64,000 bases of DNA from the NCBI GenBank assembly GCA_965279165.1, contig OZ257140.1, positions 3,029,669 to 3,093,668 of the forward strand, written 5' to 3'. The notes under the pieces were generated by a model. It made no database searches. It saw only the letters and a program-made list of their open reading frames with translations, and was not told the DNA's origin. Positions 29,629-39,299 of this stretch are shown here, piece by piece (position 1 is the first letter of the stretch; the number at the start of each line of letters is the position of its first letter). The DNA is from Bacteroidia bacterium (GTDB lineage Bacteria; Bacteroidota; Bacteroidia; UKL13-3). The position numbers were made by a program, and so were the translations under genes.

Positions 29629-32018
29629 TAAAATTTAAAATTCCATGCAACGGATGGTAAAATAGGGAATAAATAAACCATATATGCTTTCACGGTAAAG
29701 GTAGCATAGTCGGGCAAAAAGTAAATAAAATAAGGATTAGCACGGTTGTATACATTGTAAACAGAAAAATTCCAGGATGACTCGAATCGTTCGGTTTGGA
29801 ATTGCAGATAAGTAAATGAAAGATCCATTCGGTGGTAATCCGGCAAACGGTAATCGTTTATTTTGTCATAAACATCTATGAAAGTAATTTTAATTTCGTC
29901 CTGCAAAAGATCATATCCGGGTTGATAGGAATATCTCGATGTAGGCAGTGTAGCTGCGTTTCCGGTGCCATAAACAAACACAACGGTACCACTCCAGGTT
30001 TTGTTAATTTTATAACTTAAAACCAAACTCATGTCATGGGTTCTGTCGTACCGATAAAAGAAAGCATTGCCTTGATTCAAGGCATCAAATTGTCGGGTAG
30101 TTTTACTCCAGGTATAACCAAACCATCCATTTAATCTTCCGAATTTTCTTTTTGCAAAAAACTCAACACCATAGGATAGTCCTTCTCCAAAAATCATTTC
30201 ATTTTCAAGGTTCTGGTTGAAAAACAAATTAGCCCCGGGTTTAAATTCGATCTGGTTAAGCATGGGTTTGTAATATGCTTCCACAGAAGTTTCATACTCG
30301 TTGTCTTTAAAATTTTTATAAACGCCTAACACGTACTGATAGGCAACTTGCGGCTTAACTTTAACAGAACTAGGAACCCACAAATCGGCCGGAAACTGGG
30401 CTCCACTGGTAGTTGCAAGATGCAGGAATTGATAGGTACGGGTGAAAGAAGCTTTAATAGAAGTACTTGAATTTAGAATAGCCGTAGCAGATAAACGTGG
30501 TTCAAGACCGGGATAACTAACAATTATTTCTCCATCCGAATACACTTTTCCGGTTCCAACTTGTATATCCTGATCGTCGAAAATAATTTCGGTATAAGGT
30601 CCGGTTTGTTGGAATAAAACCCCTCTTAACCCTGCATTAATGATAAATCGGGAACCAAGTTTAAATTCATCCGAAACATATACAGCCGACTCATGTGCAT
30701 ATTGTTTGTTAATTTCTTCGTTGATTGAAATGGTACCAACTTGTCCGCTGGCAATACCCGGTTTAAAGGTATGGTAGATGTATTGCCAACCAAATTTAAT
30801 GGTTTGTTTGGAGGCAGGTAATTGTAAGGTTAAGTCTTGTTTGATGGTCCAATCTTGTAATCCCGACGATAACTTGAATCCATTGGTACCAAAACTAAAC
30901 TCATTATTCAAATCGTATCTGTTGTATATGATGGCAAGATTTGATGTAAAATTTGTATTAAAAGCATGGAACCATCTTCCGGTTAACATGGCATTTCCCC
31001 ATCCGGTAGAAAAGGTTACATCTTTGTTTCTTGGACTTTTGAAATTAAATATATCCCTTCCAAAATAACCGGAGACAAAAAACTTGTCCTTGGTGCCCAA
31101 GTAATAATGAACCTTCATGTTTAAGTCGTAGAAGTAGTAACCGTTTGCTTTTTGTTCTTCTGTTAAAAAAGGCCTTACCAGTTGGTCAATATAAGTTCTG
31201 CGACCCGAAATCATGAATCCGCTTTTCTTCTTTTTTATTGGACCTTCCAGTTGCAAACGCGAGGCAATTAATCCGATTCCTCCACTGAATACATATTTTT
31301 CATCATTCCCTTCGCGCATGCCAACATTGATAACGGAGGATAATCTTCCTCCATATTGTGCAGGCATTCCACCTTTGATGATATCAACCGTACGGACCGC
31401 ATCGGTATTGAATACAGAAAGAAATCCCAACAAATGAGAAGGGTTGTAAATCACCGCTTCGTCCATCAAAATGAGGTTTTGGTCAGGTCCACCACCACGC
31501 ACATAAAAGCCGGTACTTCCTTCGCCACCGCTTTTAATCCCGGGCAATAGCGTGATGGATTTTAAAACATCCGGTTCGCCAAAAATAACCGGCAAACTTT
31601 TAATCTTTTCACCACTTAGTTCAATCCGGCTCATTTCCGTACTTACTACATTTTTGTTTGTTTTTTCGCCGGTGATAAGTACTTCTTGTTTTTCGATTCC
31701 AATAGGTTTGAGTTTAATATCCAGTTTGGTGTCTTTCTTGATATCTGTTTTTTGCGAAAAAGGTTCAAACCCAAGGTAGGTAATGGTGATGGTGTATTGA
31801 CCTTCTTTTACTTCCTTTTTAAAATAGCCATTTTCATCAGAAACTACGCCTGTTTTAAGCTCTTTGATATATACGGTAGCGCCTAGCAAAGGTTCTTTGT
31901 CGACACTGTTGGTTATGGTTCCGGAAATGGTAAAAGTTGCTTTTTGTGCAATTGCAGATAGCCCAATTAATACCAAATTTATTACCAAGAGAAAACGTAA
32001 ATGCACCGTTATTTTCAT
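29628..32018 (-). CDS. TonB-dependent receptor with N-terminal CarboxypepD_reg-like domain
   Basis: 'GE.DV.K...LLPG', 'VRGG.PDQNL', 'KGG.PA.YGGRLSS', 'YHR.DLS', terminal Phe. Confidence 0.9.
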   Translation of the reverse strand: MKITVHLRFLLVINLVLIGLSAIAQKATFTISGTITNSVDKEPLLGATVYIKELKTGVVSDENGYFKKEVKEGQYTITITYLGFEPFSQKTDIKKDTKLDIKLKPIGIEKQEVLITGEKTNKNVVSTEMSRIELSGEKIKSLPVIFGEPDVLKSITLLPGIKSGGEGSTGFYVRGGGPDQNLILMDEAVIYNPSHLLGFLSVFNTDAVRTVDIIKGGMPAQYGGRLSSVINVGMREGNDEKYVFSGGIGLIASRLQLEGPIKKKKSGFMISGRRTYIDQLVRPFLTEEQKANGYYFYDLNMKVHYYLGTKDKFFVSGYFGRDIFNFKSPRNKDVTFSTGWGNAMLTGRWFHAFNTNFTSNLAIIYNRYDLNNEFSFGTNGFKLSSGLQDWTIKQDLTLQLPASKQTIKFGWQYIYHTFKPGIASGQVGTISINEEINKQYAHESAVYVSDEFKLGSRFIINAGLRGVLFQQTGPYTEIIFDDQDIQVGTGKVYSDGEIIVSYPGLEPRLSATAILNSSTSIKASFTRTYQFLHLATTSGAQFPADLWVPSSVKVKPQVAYQYVLGVYKNFKDNEYETSVEAYYKPMLNQIEFKPGANLFFNQNLENEMIFGEGLSYGVEFFAKRKFGRLNGWFGYTWSKTTRQFDALNQGNAFFYRYDRTHDMSLVLSYKINKTWSGTVVFVYGTGNAATLPTSRYSYQPGYDLLQDEIKITFIDVYDKINDYRLPDYHRMDLSFTYLQFQTERFESSWNFSVYNVYNRANPYFIYFLPDYATFTVKAYMVYLFPILPSVAWNFKF

Positions 32019-32115
32019 GAACCTTGTTTTACTAAACGCAGAATGTCTGATCGTATTTCATCTTGAAACGATTCAAGTTAAGTTGAAACAAACCAATTCG
32101 GGTCACTAGGTATAC

Positions 32116-32673
32116 TTATTTTCTTGGATTCCATGTAATTTCATCTGCTCCGGCATCGAGAATGATTTTTCTAGAAAGGATAAACAAATAATCGCTTAAA
32201 CGGTTTAAATAAATTAAAACCAACTCAGGGACTTCCGATTCAGATGCCAGATGAACCACCAATCTTTCAGCTCGTCTGCAGATACATCGAGCAATATGGC
32301 AATAGGAAGCGGTAACATGTCCGCCGGGAAGAACAAAGTTTTTCAAAGGTGGAAGCAAGGCATCCATTTTGTCAATTTCGTTTTCTAGTACCACAATATC
32401 TTTATGATGGAGATCCGGTATTTTCATTTTGTGGCTATTAGGCTCACTCGCAAGTACGGATCCTATGGTAAATAATCGGTCCTGTATTTCGAACAGAATA
32501 TTGCAGTAATCCGTTTCGGCAGGAGAGGAGTCAATGATTAAACCGATATAAGAATTTAATTCATCTATTGTTCCATAGCTTTCAATGCGCAGGTGAAATT
32601 TCGGTACCCGATTTCCTCCTATTAATGAGGTTTCTCCCTTATCTCCTGTTTTGGTATAAATTTTAAATGTCAT
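32116..32673 (-). CDS. pduO: PduO-type ATP:corrinoid adenosyltransferase
   Basis: 'KIYTKTGDKG.T.L', 'YGTIDELNS', 'F.LPGG', 'RRAER', 'YLNRLSDYLF'. Confidence 0.92.
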   Translation of the reverse strand: MTFKIYTKTGDKGETSLIGGNRVPKFHLRIESYGTIDELNSYIGLIIDSSPAETDYCNILFEIQDRLFTIGSVLASEPNSHKMKIPDLHHKDIVVLENEIDKMDALLPPLKNFVLPGGHVTASYCHIARCICRRAERLVVHLASESEVPELVLIYLNRLSDYLFILSRKIILDAGADEITWNPRK

Positions 32674-32677
32674 AGTT

Positions 32678-33826
32678 TTAATAGAATAATTTGGGAATTC
32701 TTTTTTTTACAAATGGTATATTTCCAATACGAATCAGCATGTTGATTAATCTTACCCTGTTACCCAGAATCTGCTGTAACCAATAGTGACTTTTAAATGC
32801 ACCCCACATTTTTTTATAAACCCTGTTGTCATATTGTAAAAGTTCTTCTGATGTGAAATTGTTTTTTAGAAAACAATTCATGGCGGTTTCAGCAGCAAAT
32901 TTACCACTTTCCATTGCTGTTTCAATACCCTCGCCACTAAAAGGATCAATAAGGGAGGCTGCATCGCCACAAAGCATAAATCCGGCACCTGAAATCGGAT
33001 ACTTTCGTGATCCAAGAGGTAATCCAAATCCTTTGGTAGTTTCAAGCGCTTCCGCATTTTTAAAACGTGCGCTAACTTCCGGTATTTGATGAACAATGGC
33101 ATCCATCGAAGCTTTAAGGTCAATTTTTTTGTCGGCTATGGTTTTACTTAACATCCCAAAACCAATATTAGCTTCGTTGTTGGATAACGGAAATATCCAG
33201 AAATAACCGGGTAGGTAATCTTTCAGGAAGTAAACCTCCAATGCGTTTGGATCTAATCCGGCAACATTTCGATAATATTGACGCACAGCACCCGAATAGT
33301 GGTTACGGTCGACTTTAAAACCTGCTAGTTTTTTTGCAACCATGGATTGGGCGCCATCACAACCAAGTATCAATCGTGCGGTTAATGTTTGGCCACCTTC
33401 CAAAATTACAGTAACTAGATCCTTGTCATAAGAAATATCTTTTATGGCATGGCCATGTATAAAAGTTGCGTCGTTATTGGATTTGGCTTTATTGTACAAC
33501 CAATTGTCAAAATCTAACCGGCGTATGCAATGTCCAACTTTTGCGAAACCAATTTCCAGCGATTTAAATTCCGGACTATACAATTTCGCTTTGGTGATAT
33601 TGGTTTTGGGTGCAAAATCCAATAAATCAGTTTCGAGAGTAGGGTCAATCTGCCTGAGTATTCTTTTGGCAATGGAACTTACCGCATCACCACAAATTTT
33701 ATCCCTGGGGAAATTTTCTTTGTCGATTACCGCTATTTTTAGACCGCTTTTCATTAATGCCAACGTTGCCGTTGCGCCGGCAGGACCTGCTCCGGCTATG
33801 ATGATGTCGAAATTGTTGATTTCCAT
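32678..33826 (-). CDS. Geranylgeranyl reductase family FAD-dependent oxidoreductase
   Basis: 'GAGPAG', 'FPRDKICGD', 'PGYFWIFP', 'GDAA.LIDPFSGEGI..AM.SG'. Confidence 0.88.
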   Translation of the reverse strand: MEINNFDIIIAGAGPAGATATLALMKSGLKIAVIDKENFPRDKICGDAVSSIAKRILRQIDPTLETDLLDFAPKTNITKAKLYSPEFKSLEIGFAKVGHCIRRLDFDNWLYNKAKSNNDATFIHGHAIKDISYDKDLVTVILEGGQTLTARLILGCDGAQSMVAKKLAGFKVDRNHYSGAVRQYYRNVAGLDPNALEVYFLKDYLPGYFWIFPLSNNEANIGFGMLSKTIADKKIDLKASMDAIVHQIPEVSARFKNAEALETTKGFGLPLGSRKYPISGAGFMLCGDAASLIDPFSGEGIETAMESGKFAAETAMNCFLKNNFTSEELLQYDNRVYKKMWGAFKSHYWLQQILGNRVRLINMLIRIGNIPFVKKRIPKLFY

Positions 33827-33838
33827 GTATATTCCTAT

Positions 33839-33879
33839 ATAAGGACAAGTCGCGACTTGTCCCTACGATGTGTCCCTAC
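33839..33879. repeat. GTAG-type REP palindrome plus partial copy
   Basis: GGACAAGTCGCGACTTGTCC-CTAC followed by TGTCCCTAC. Confidence 0.8.
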
Positions 33880-33911
33880 AAAGTAATAATAACAATTGGT
33901 ATATTTACAAT

Positions 33912-35225
33912 ATGATAAAACGCTTTCTGGTATTGTTTTTTTGTTTGTATCATTTGTCTGTTAATGGTCAGTATTATTTTCCGCCATTAACAGGTTCAAC
34001 ATGGGATACCATTGGTCCTGCGCAACTTGGTTGGTGTGAAGATGAAATCGCGCCATTATATCAATTGCTCGAAGACAACCATACAAAAGGCTTTATTATT
34101 TTGAAGGATGGGAAAATTGCTCTTGAAAAGTATTTCGGAACGTTTACCAAAGATTCGATTTGGTACTGGGCATCAGCAGGAAAAACAATTACTTCATTTT
34201 TAGTGGGAATTGCAAAACAAGATGGATTGCTGCAACTAACAGATTCTTCCTCTAAATTTTTGGGAAAAGGTTGGACGACATGCAGTGCGGAACAAGAAGG
34301 GAAAATTACCATTGAACATCAATTATCCATGACTACGGGTTTGAATTACCAGGTGTTTGATATGAATTGTAAAACACCCGGATGTTTAATGTATAAAGCT
34401 GATGCAGGTACACAATGGTATTACCATAATGCGCCGTATTTGTTGTTGCAGGATGTGCTGGAAAGTGCAAGTGGGATGACCTATCAACAATATACCAATT
34501 CAAAATTATCCGCTACCACCGGAATTTATGGCTTATGGTACGATGGTGTGTTTTATTCCAAACCTAGAAATATGGCAAGATTTGGTTCGCTGATTTTAAA
34601 TCGTGGGAAATGGGGTAGTACTGCCATCTTACAGGATTCTATGTATTTCAACCAAATGATTAATACTTCGCAAAACCTAAATGAATCATATGGTTATTTG
34701 TGGTGGTTAAATGGTAAAAGTAGTTTCCGTTTACCCGGAACAACATTTACTTTTCAAGGAAGCATCATACCACAAGCGCCTGCTGATTTGGTTTGCGGCT
34801 TGGGTAAGAACGACCAAAAATTATATGTATGGCCATCGCAAAATATGGTTATTATTAGAATGGGAAATGCCGCTGATTCATCAACGGATGTGCCCATTGT
34901 TTTTGATACTTTGTTATGGAATAGTTTGAATAAGCTGTTTTGTAATATTCAAACCGGAAGTGCAGCTTTAGATTTTTCTAATAAAATAGTTGTTTATCCC
35001 AATCCTACTTCAAGTTTATTGAAGATTAATTTACCTAGAGGTGAAAAAATGAAAGAAATTCGATTAATTGATGGTCAAGGGAAGCAAATTGAATTAATTA
35101 AAGAACAAATTGATATTGAAACCTTACAAATTAGGTTTAAGGGTATTGTTCCAGGGTTGTATTTTTTACATATTCAATTAGAGAACGGGAAGATTATCAA
35201 TAGAAAAATAGAATGGATTGATTAA
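33912..35225 (+). CDS. Serine hydrolase (beta-lactamase class C-like) with T9SS CTD
   Basis: Signal peptide from MIKRFL; SxxK 'ASAGKT', YxN 'YHN', 'YGYLWWLN'; CTD 'VYPNPT'. Confidence 0.85.
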   Translation: MIKRFLVLFFCLYHLSVNGQYYFPPLTGSTWDTIGPAQLGWCEDEIAPLYQLLEDNHTKGFIILKDGKIALEKYFGTFTKDSIWYWASAGKTITSFLVGIAKQDGLLQLTDSSSKFLGKGWTTCSAEQEGKITIEHQLSMTTGLNYQVFDMNCKTPGCLMYKADAGTQWYYHNAPYLLLQDVLESASGMTYQQYTNSKLSATTGIYGLWYDGVFYSKPRNMARFGSLILNRGKWGSTAILQDSMYFNQMINTSQNLNESYGYLWWLNGKSSFRLPGTTFTFQGSIIPQAPADLVCGLGKNDQKLYVWPSQNMVIIRMGNAADSSTDVPIVFDTLLWNSLNKLFCNIQTGSAALDFSNKIVVYPNPTSSLLKINLPRGEKMKEIRLIDGQGKQIELIKEQIDIETLQIRFKGIVPGLYFLHIQLENGKIINRKIEWID

Positions 35226-35289
35226 GGGTGATTTTTGCCAATAAAATTAAACAAATAATTCATAGGTCAAGAAGTAAAATGAGACAAAA

Positions 35290-35442
35290 TTAATAAGGTT
35301 TAATTTTAACTATTTTTTTGTCTTGTAATATCACCAGCTCGCTGTTTTTACTTTTTTTAAATTCGATAAGCTTTTTATAAACCAACTCAAGCCCTAATAA
35401 GATTTTATTTCTCTCTTCTATTTGTTTTTCAGCATTTGTCAT
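35290..35442 (-). CDS. Small 50-aa protein overlapping the zeta-toxin-like gene (not in ORF track)
   Basis: Translated by hand: MTNAEKQIEERNKILLGLELVYKKLIEFKKSKNSELVILQDKKIVKIKPY*; ATG overlaps the last codons of 35429-36013. Confidence 0.7.
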   Translation of the reverse strand: MTNAEKQIEERNKILLGLELVYKKLIEFKKSKNSELVILQDKKIVKIKPY

Positions 35443-36013
35443 ATTGATTTTTTAATTGGTTAAATTTTTCTTTTTTAATGATGTTTAATATACCATTCAA
35501 TTGTTTTTCAGCAATCAGATCATGATGACCTTCTGAATTATCAAAGATAAATGCGCCATCAACTATTGGTAAATATATGTCAAAAAGATTTAATACTCCT
35601 CTATAATAGCGCCTCTCTATAATTGTATTATCAATATTATGACCACCTTCTGACACCCTTGTTCTTACTCTTTCTTTTGCCAATTCAACCGTTTGAAGCC
35701 AAAAGAAGATTAATTTAACTTTATAACCATTTGATTTTGCAGTCAATATTTTATTTCGATAACTTTTGGTAGTTAGTGTTGTTTCAAATGCAAAATTTAT
35801 CCTTGTTTCAAGCAATTCATTTATTCTGTTTATCATTATTCTACCTGCTTCAAAAGAAACTGTTTCAGGTTGAAATGGGGAAAGTCCTTTCGCAATTTCA
35901 TCCGCATTTACAAATTCCTTACAATCTAATATTTCAGGTAAAATAGTAAATGAGGCAGTTGTTTTTCCTGCACCATTACAGCCTGCTATGATATAAAGTG
36001 TTTGGTTTTTCAA
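35429..36013 (-). CDS. Zeta-toxin-family / AAA P-loop kinase (COG4185-like)
   Basis: 'IAGCNGAGKTT', 'FVNADEIA', 'FAFETTL', 'RV..GGHNI', 'FDNS'; TTG start. Confidence 0.85.
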   Translation of the reverse strand: MKNQTLYIIAGCNGAGKTTASFTILPEILDCKEFVNADEIAKGLSPFQPETVSFEAGRIMINRINELLETRINFAFETTLTTKSYRNKILTAKSNGYKVKLIFFWLQTVELAKERVRTRVSEGGHNIDNTIIERRYYRGVLNLFDIYLPIVDGAFIFDNSEGHHDLIAEKQLNGILNIIKKEKFNQLKNQYDKC

Positions 36014-36140
36014 AGTTACAAATTTACATTTTATTTTCAGTCTTAGTAATTCGGTTTATGGTTTGTAATAGTAAAATAAGCCTTGCTTTAAAGAAATATT
36101 AATTGATCTTGAAAATTTTACCTGTTACTAATTGAATTAT

Positions 36141-36148
36141 TATATTTG
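36141..36148 (+). promoter_or_regulatory. -7 promoter element of uvrB
   Basis: TATATTTG 4 nt upstream of the GTG start. Confidence 0.6.
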
Positions 36149-36152
36149 ACTG

Positions 36153-38177
36153 GTGGACTTTAAACTAACTTCAGAATACCAACCAACCGGAGATCAACCT
36201 GATGCAATCAAAGCCTTGGTTGAAGGAGTGAACAGAGGAGATCAATCACAGATTTTGTTGGGGGTAACCGGATCCGGCAAAACATTTACCATTGCCAACC
36301 TGATACAACAAACGCAACGACCAACTTTAATTATTAGCCACAACAAAACTTTGGTTGCTCAATTATACGGAGAGTTTAAACAGTTTTTTCCCGATAACGC
36401 CGTGGAATATTTTGTTTCGTATTACGATTATTACCAACCCGAAGCGTTTATTCCATCTTCCAATACCTATATCGAAAAAGATTTAAATATTAACGAAGAG
36501 ATAGAAAAGATGCGGTTAAAAACAACTTCTTCTTTGTTGTCAGGCAGAAGGGATGTAATTGTGGTTGCTTCGGTGAGTTGTATTTATGGAGCAGGAAATC
36601 CAAGGGATTATGAAAGCAGTATCATTCGGTTGCACCAAGGACAAAAAACGCCTCGAAATACCATCCTTTTCCAATTGGTAGATTCATTGTATAGCAGGAC
36701 CACAGCGGATTTTAAAAGAGGTAATTTTAGGGTGAAAGGAGATGTGTTGGATGTTTTTCCGGCTTATGCTGATTTCGCATTTCGTATTATATTTTTCGGA
36801 AATGAAATAGAGCAAATTGATATCATAGACCCGGTTAGTGGAAGAACACAAGAATCAGTGTCTGATATAGCAATTTTTCCTGCGAATATTTATGTAACAC
36901 CAAAAGATCAGTTAAATCGCGCTATTCACGAAATACAGGATGATCTGGTAATACAGGTTGAATATTTGCGTTCGATTGGAAAACCATTGGAAGCAAAACG
37001 ACTCGAGGAACGTACCAATTTTGATTTGGAAATGATGCGGGAATTGGGGTATTGCAGTGGAATTGAAAATTATTCGAGATACCTAGATAAACGGAATGCC
37101 GGTGAAAGGCCATTTTGTTTGTTGGATTATTTTCCCAAAGATTTGTTGTTGGTAATTGATGAAAGTCATGTTACCATGCCCCAGGTTCGTGCCATGTATG
37201 GCGGCGACAGAAGCAGAAAGGAAAACTTGGTGGAATATGGATTCAGATTGCCATCTGCGTTGGATAACCGACCGTTAAAATTCAATGAGTTTGAAGATAT
37301 GGTCGGTCAAACGATTTATGTTTCAGCTACTCCTGCTGATTACGAAATAAGAAAATCAGAAGGGGTGATTGTTGAACAGGTTATTCGTCCTACAGGTTTG
37401 TTAGACCCACAAATAGAAATCAGACCTTGCATCAACCAGGTGGATGATTTGTTGGATGAAATTGACAAGGTAATTAAGTTAGGAGATAGAATTCTGGTGA
37501 CCACATTAACCAAAAGAATGGCGGAAGAGTTAACCAAATACCTGGCAAAACTAAATATTAAATCCAGGTATATCCATAGTGAAGTGAAGACCTTGGATAG
37601 GGTTGAAATTTTACGGGACTTACGTTTGGGGATTTTTGATGTGTTGGTAGGGGTTAACCTGCTACGTGAAGGTTTGGATTTACCGGAAGTATCATTGGTA
37701 GCAATCATGGATGCCGATAAAGAAGGGTTTTTACGTAGCCAGAGTTCATTGACACAAACAATTGGTAGAGCTGCCAGAAACGAAAGAGGAAGGGTTATTA
37801 TGTATGCAGATAAAATTACCAATAGCATGAAACTTACGATTGATGATAATGTTCATAAAAGGGAAAAACAAATGGCATACAATATTGCCAATGGTATAAC
37901 GCCAAAAACCATTCTGAAATCCAAGGAAGATATCATGCAACAAACCTCTGTTGCAGACTCAAAGGCAGGTAGTCATATCAAATATTATATTGAACCCGAA
38001 GATCCGGAATATGCAGAAGCAGCAGACCCTATTTTGCAACACATGACGAAGGATGATATTGTTAAATTGGCAAAAGAAACAGAAAGAAAAATGCAAAAGG
38101 CTGCTAAAGATCTTGATTTTATTGAAGCTGCAAGGTTAAGAGATGAGTTGTTTGGTTTGAAGAAGAAGATTGAATGA
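36153..38177 (+). CDS. uvrB: Excinuclease ABC subunit B
   Basis: 'PTGDQP.AI', 'GVTGSGKTF', 'YFVSYYDYYQPEA', 'IDESH', 'NLLREGLDLPEV', C-terminal UVR 'FIEAARLRD'. Confidence 0.97.
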   Translation: MDFKLTSEYQPTGDQPDAIKALVEGVNRGDQSQILLGVTGSGKTFTIANLIQQTQRPTLIISHNKTLVAQLYGEFKQFFPDNAVEYFVSYYDYYQPEAFIPSSNTYIEKDLNINEEIEKMRLKTTSSLLSGRRDVIVVASVSCIYGAGNPRDYESSIIRLHQGQKTPRNTILFQLVDSLYSRTTADFKRGNFRVKGDVLDVFPAYADFAFRIIFFGNEIEQIDIIDPVSGRTQESVSDIAIFPANIYVTPKDQLNRAIHEIQDDLVIQVEYLRSIGKPLEAKRLEERTNFDLEMMRELGYCSGIENYSRYLDKRNAGERPFCLLDYFPKDLLLVIDESHVTMPQVRAMYGGDRSRKENLVEYGFRLPSALDNRPLKFNEFEDMVGQTIYVSATPADYEIRKSEGVIVEQVIRPTGLLDPQIEIRPCINQVDDLLDEIDKVIKLGDRILVTTLTKRMAEELTKYLAKLNIKSRYIHSEVKTLDRVEILRDLRLGIFDVLVGVNLLREGLDLPEVSLVAIMDADKEGFLRSQSSLTQTIGRAARNERGRVIMYADKITNSMKLTIDDNVHKREKQMAYNIANGITPKTILKSKEDIMQQTSVADSKAGSHIKYYIEPEDPEYAEAADPILQHMTKDDIVKLAKETERKMQKAAKDLDFIEAARLRDELFGLKKKIE

Positions 38178-38205
38178 TGAATTATGAATTATGAATTATG
38201 AATGA
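38177..38205. repeat. Heptamer tandem repeat (TGAATTA)n abutting the uvrB stop
   Basis: TGAATTA x3 plus partial units. Confidence 0.8.
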
Positions 38206-38209
38206 TTGG

Positions 38210-38305
38210 ATGTTGATGAGCGGAAAGCGAATCAATCCCGCGCGATAAAAACAAGGAAGTACGATACAATTTTTACATGCGGGAATGAATGATGACGTCG
38301 TGATG
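38210..38305 (+). repeat. ~95-nt structured dispersed repeat, copy 1 (inverted copy at 44063-44160)
   Basis: TGTTGATGAGC-GGAAA-GCGAATCAATCCCGCGCGATAAAAACAAGGA...TTTTTACATGCGGGAA. Confidence 0.85.
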
Positions 38306-38357
38306 AATATCGACTTTTTAGCCACAGATTTCACAGATTACACGGAACAATAAATTT

Positions 38358-39231
38358 GTTTGACATAAAGTCAAAATATAAACAAACAACAACTGACTAT
38401 TGCCTACTGACCAATGACTACTAGCTTTTGACTGACTGCAGATCGCTTCTTAAACCACTGATTTAATATCAATTTGTAAACCCCGAAGGAGTGACATTAT
38501 TGTTTGATTTTTTAACCGCAAAGTTCGCAGATGTTTTACAAGGAGGGCACAAAGAGTTTCACCACAGAGGCACAGATGCACAGAGGTCACAGAGTTTTAT
38601 AAAATAGGCTTTCGTTTGGCATAAAGCCAAAATATAAACCAACAACAACTGACTATTGCCTTCTGACCAATGACCACCAGCTTTTGACAGATCGCTGATT
38701 GCTTCTCAAGCCACTGATTTAATTCCAATTTGTAAACCTCAAAGGGGTGACATTATTATAGAAAATTTCATTTAAGTCGCAACCATAACCCTGAAAGGGT
38801 GACATTATTGTTTGATTTTTAACCGCAAAGTTCGTAGAGATTTTACAAGGAGGGCACACAGAGTTTCACCACAGAGGCACAGAGGTCACAGAGTTTTATA
38901 AAATAGGCTTTCGTTTGGCATAAAGCCAAAATATAAACAAACAACAACTGACTATTGCCTTCTGACCAATGACCACTAGCTTTTGACCGATCGCTTCTCA
39001 AACCACAGATTTAATTCCAATTTTTAAACCCCAAAGGGGTGACATTATTGTTTGATTTTTTAACCGCAAAGTTCGCAGAGATTTTACACGGAGGGCACAC
39101 AGAGTTTCACCACAGAGGTCACAGAGTTTTATAAAATAGCCTTTCGGTTGGCATAAAGCCAAATTACAAACCAACAACAACTGACTATTGCCTTCTGACC
39201 AATGACCACCTGCTTTTGACCGATCGCTGAT
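38358..39231. repeat. Composite tandem repeat array: 3 full units plus 1 partial (starts 38358, 38614, 38913, 39146)
   Basis: Units share TTTGRC-ATAAA-GYCAAA hairpin, CTGACTATTGCC..CTGACCAATGAC, ACCCC-RAA-GGGGTGACATTATT, AACCGCAAAGTTCG, (CACAGAG)n. Confidence 0.92.
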
Positions 39232-39235
39232 CATG

Positions 39236-39295
39236 CTGCCTTTTGCCTATTGCCTACTGCCTTACTGCCTTACTGCCTTACTGCCTCTTGCCTAC
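39236..39295. repeat. 7/8-mer tandem repeat (CTGCCTTA/TTGCCTA)n
   Basis: Directly visible just past the stop of the 39300-40709 gene. Confidence 0.8.
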
Positions 39296-39299
39296 ATAA

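Noticed and set aside
38210-38305. Hammerhead ribozyme (TGATGAG-stem-CGAA resembles the CUGAUGA...GAAA core)
   Set aside because: The core is UUGAUGA/GAAU, there is no NUH cleavage site or stem I partner, and the flanking TTGA/TCAA pair directly, giving a simple bulged hairpin
38358-39231. CRISPR array
   Set aside because: Units are ~230-300 nt and similar along their full length; no unique spacers and no cas genes
38998-39234. 78-aa ORF in the repeat array (also 43981-44262)
   Set aside because: Translations of repeat DNA with no protein-family motif
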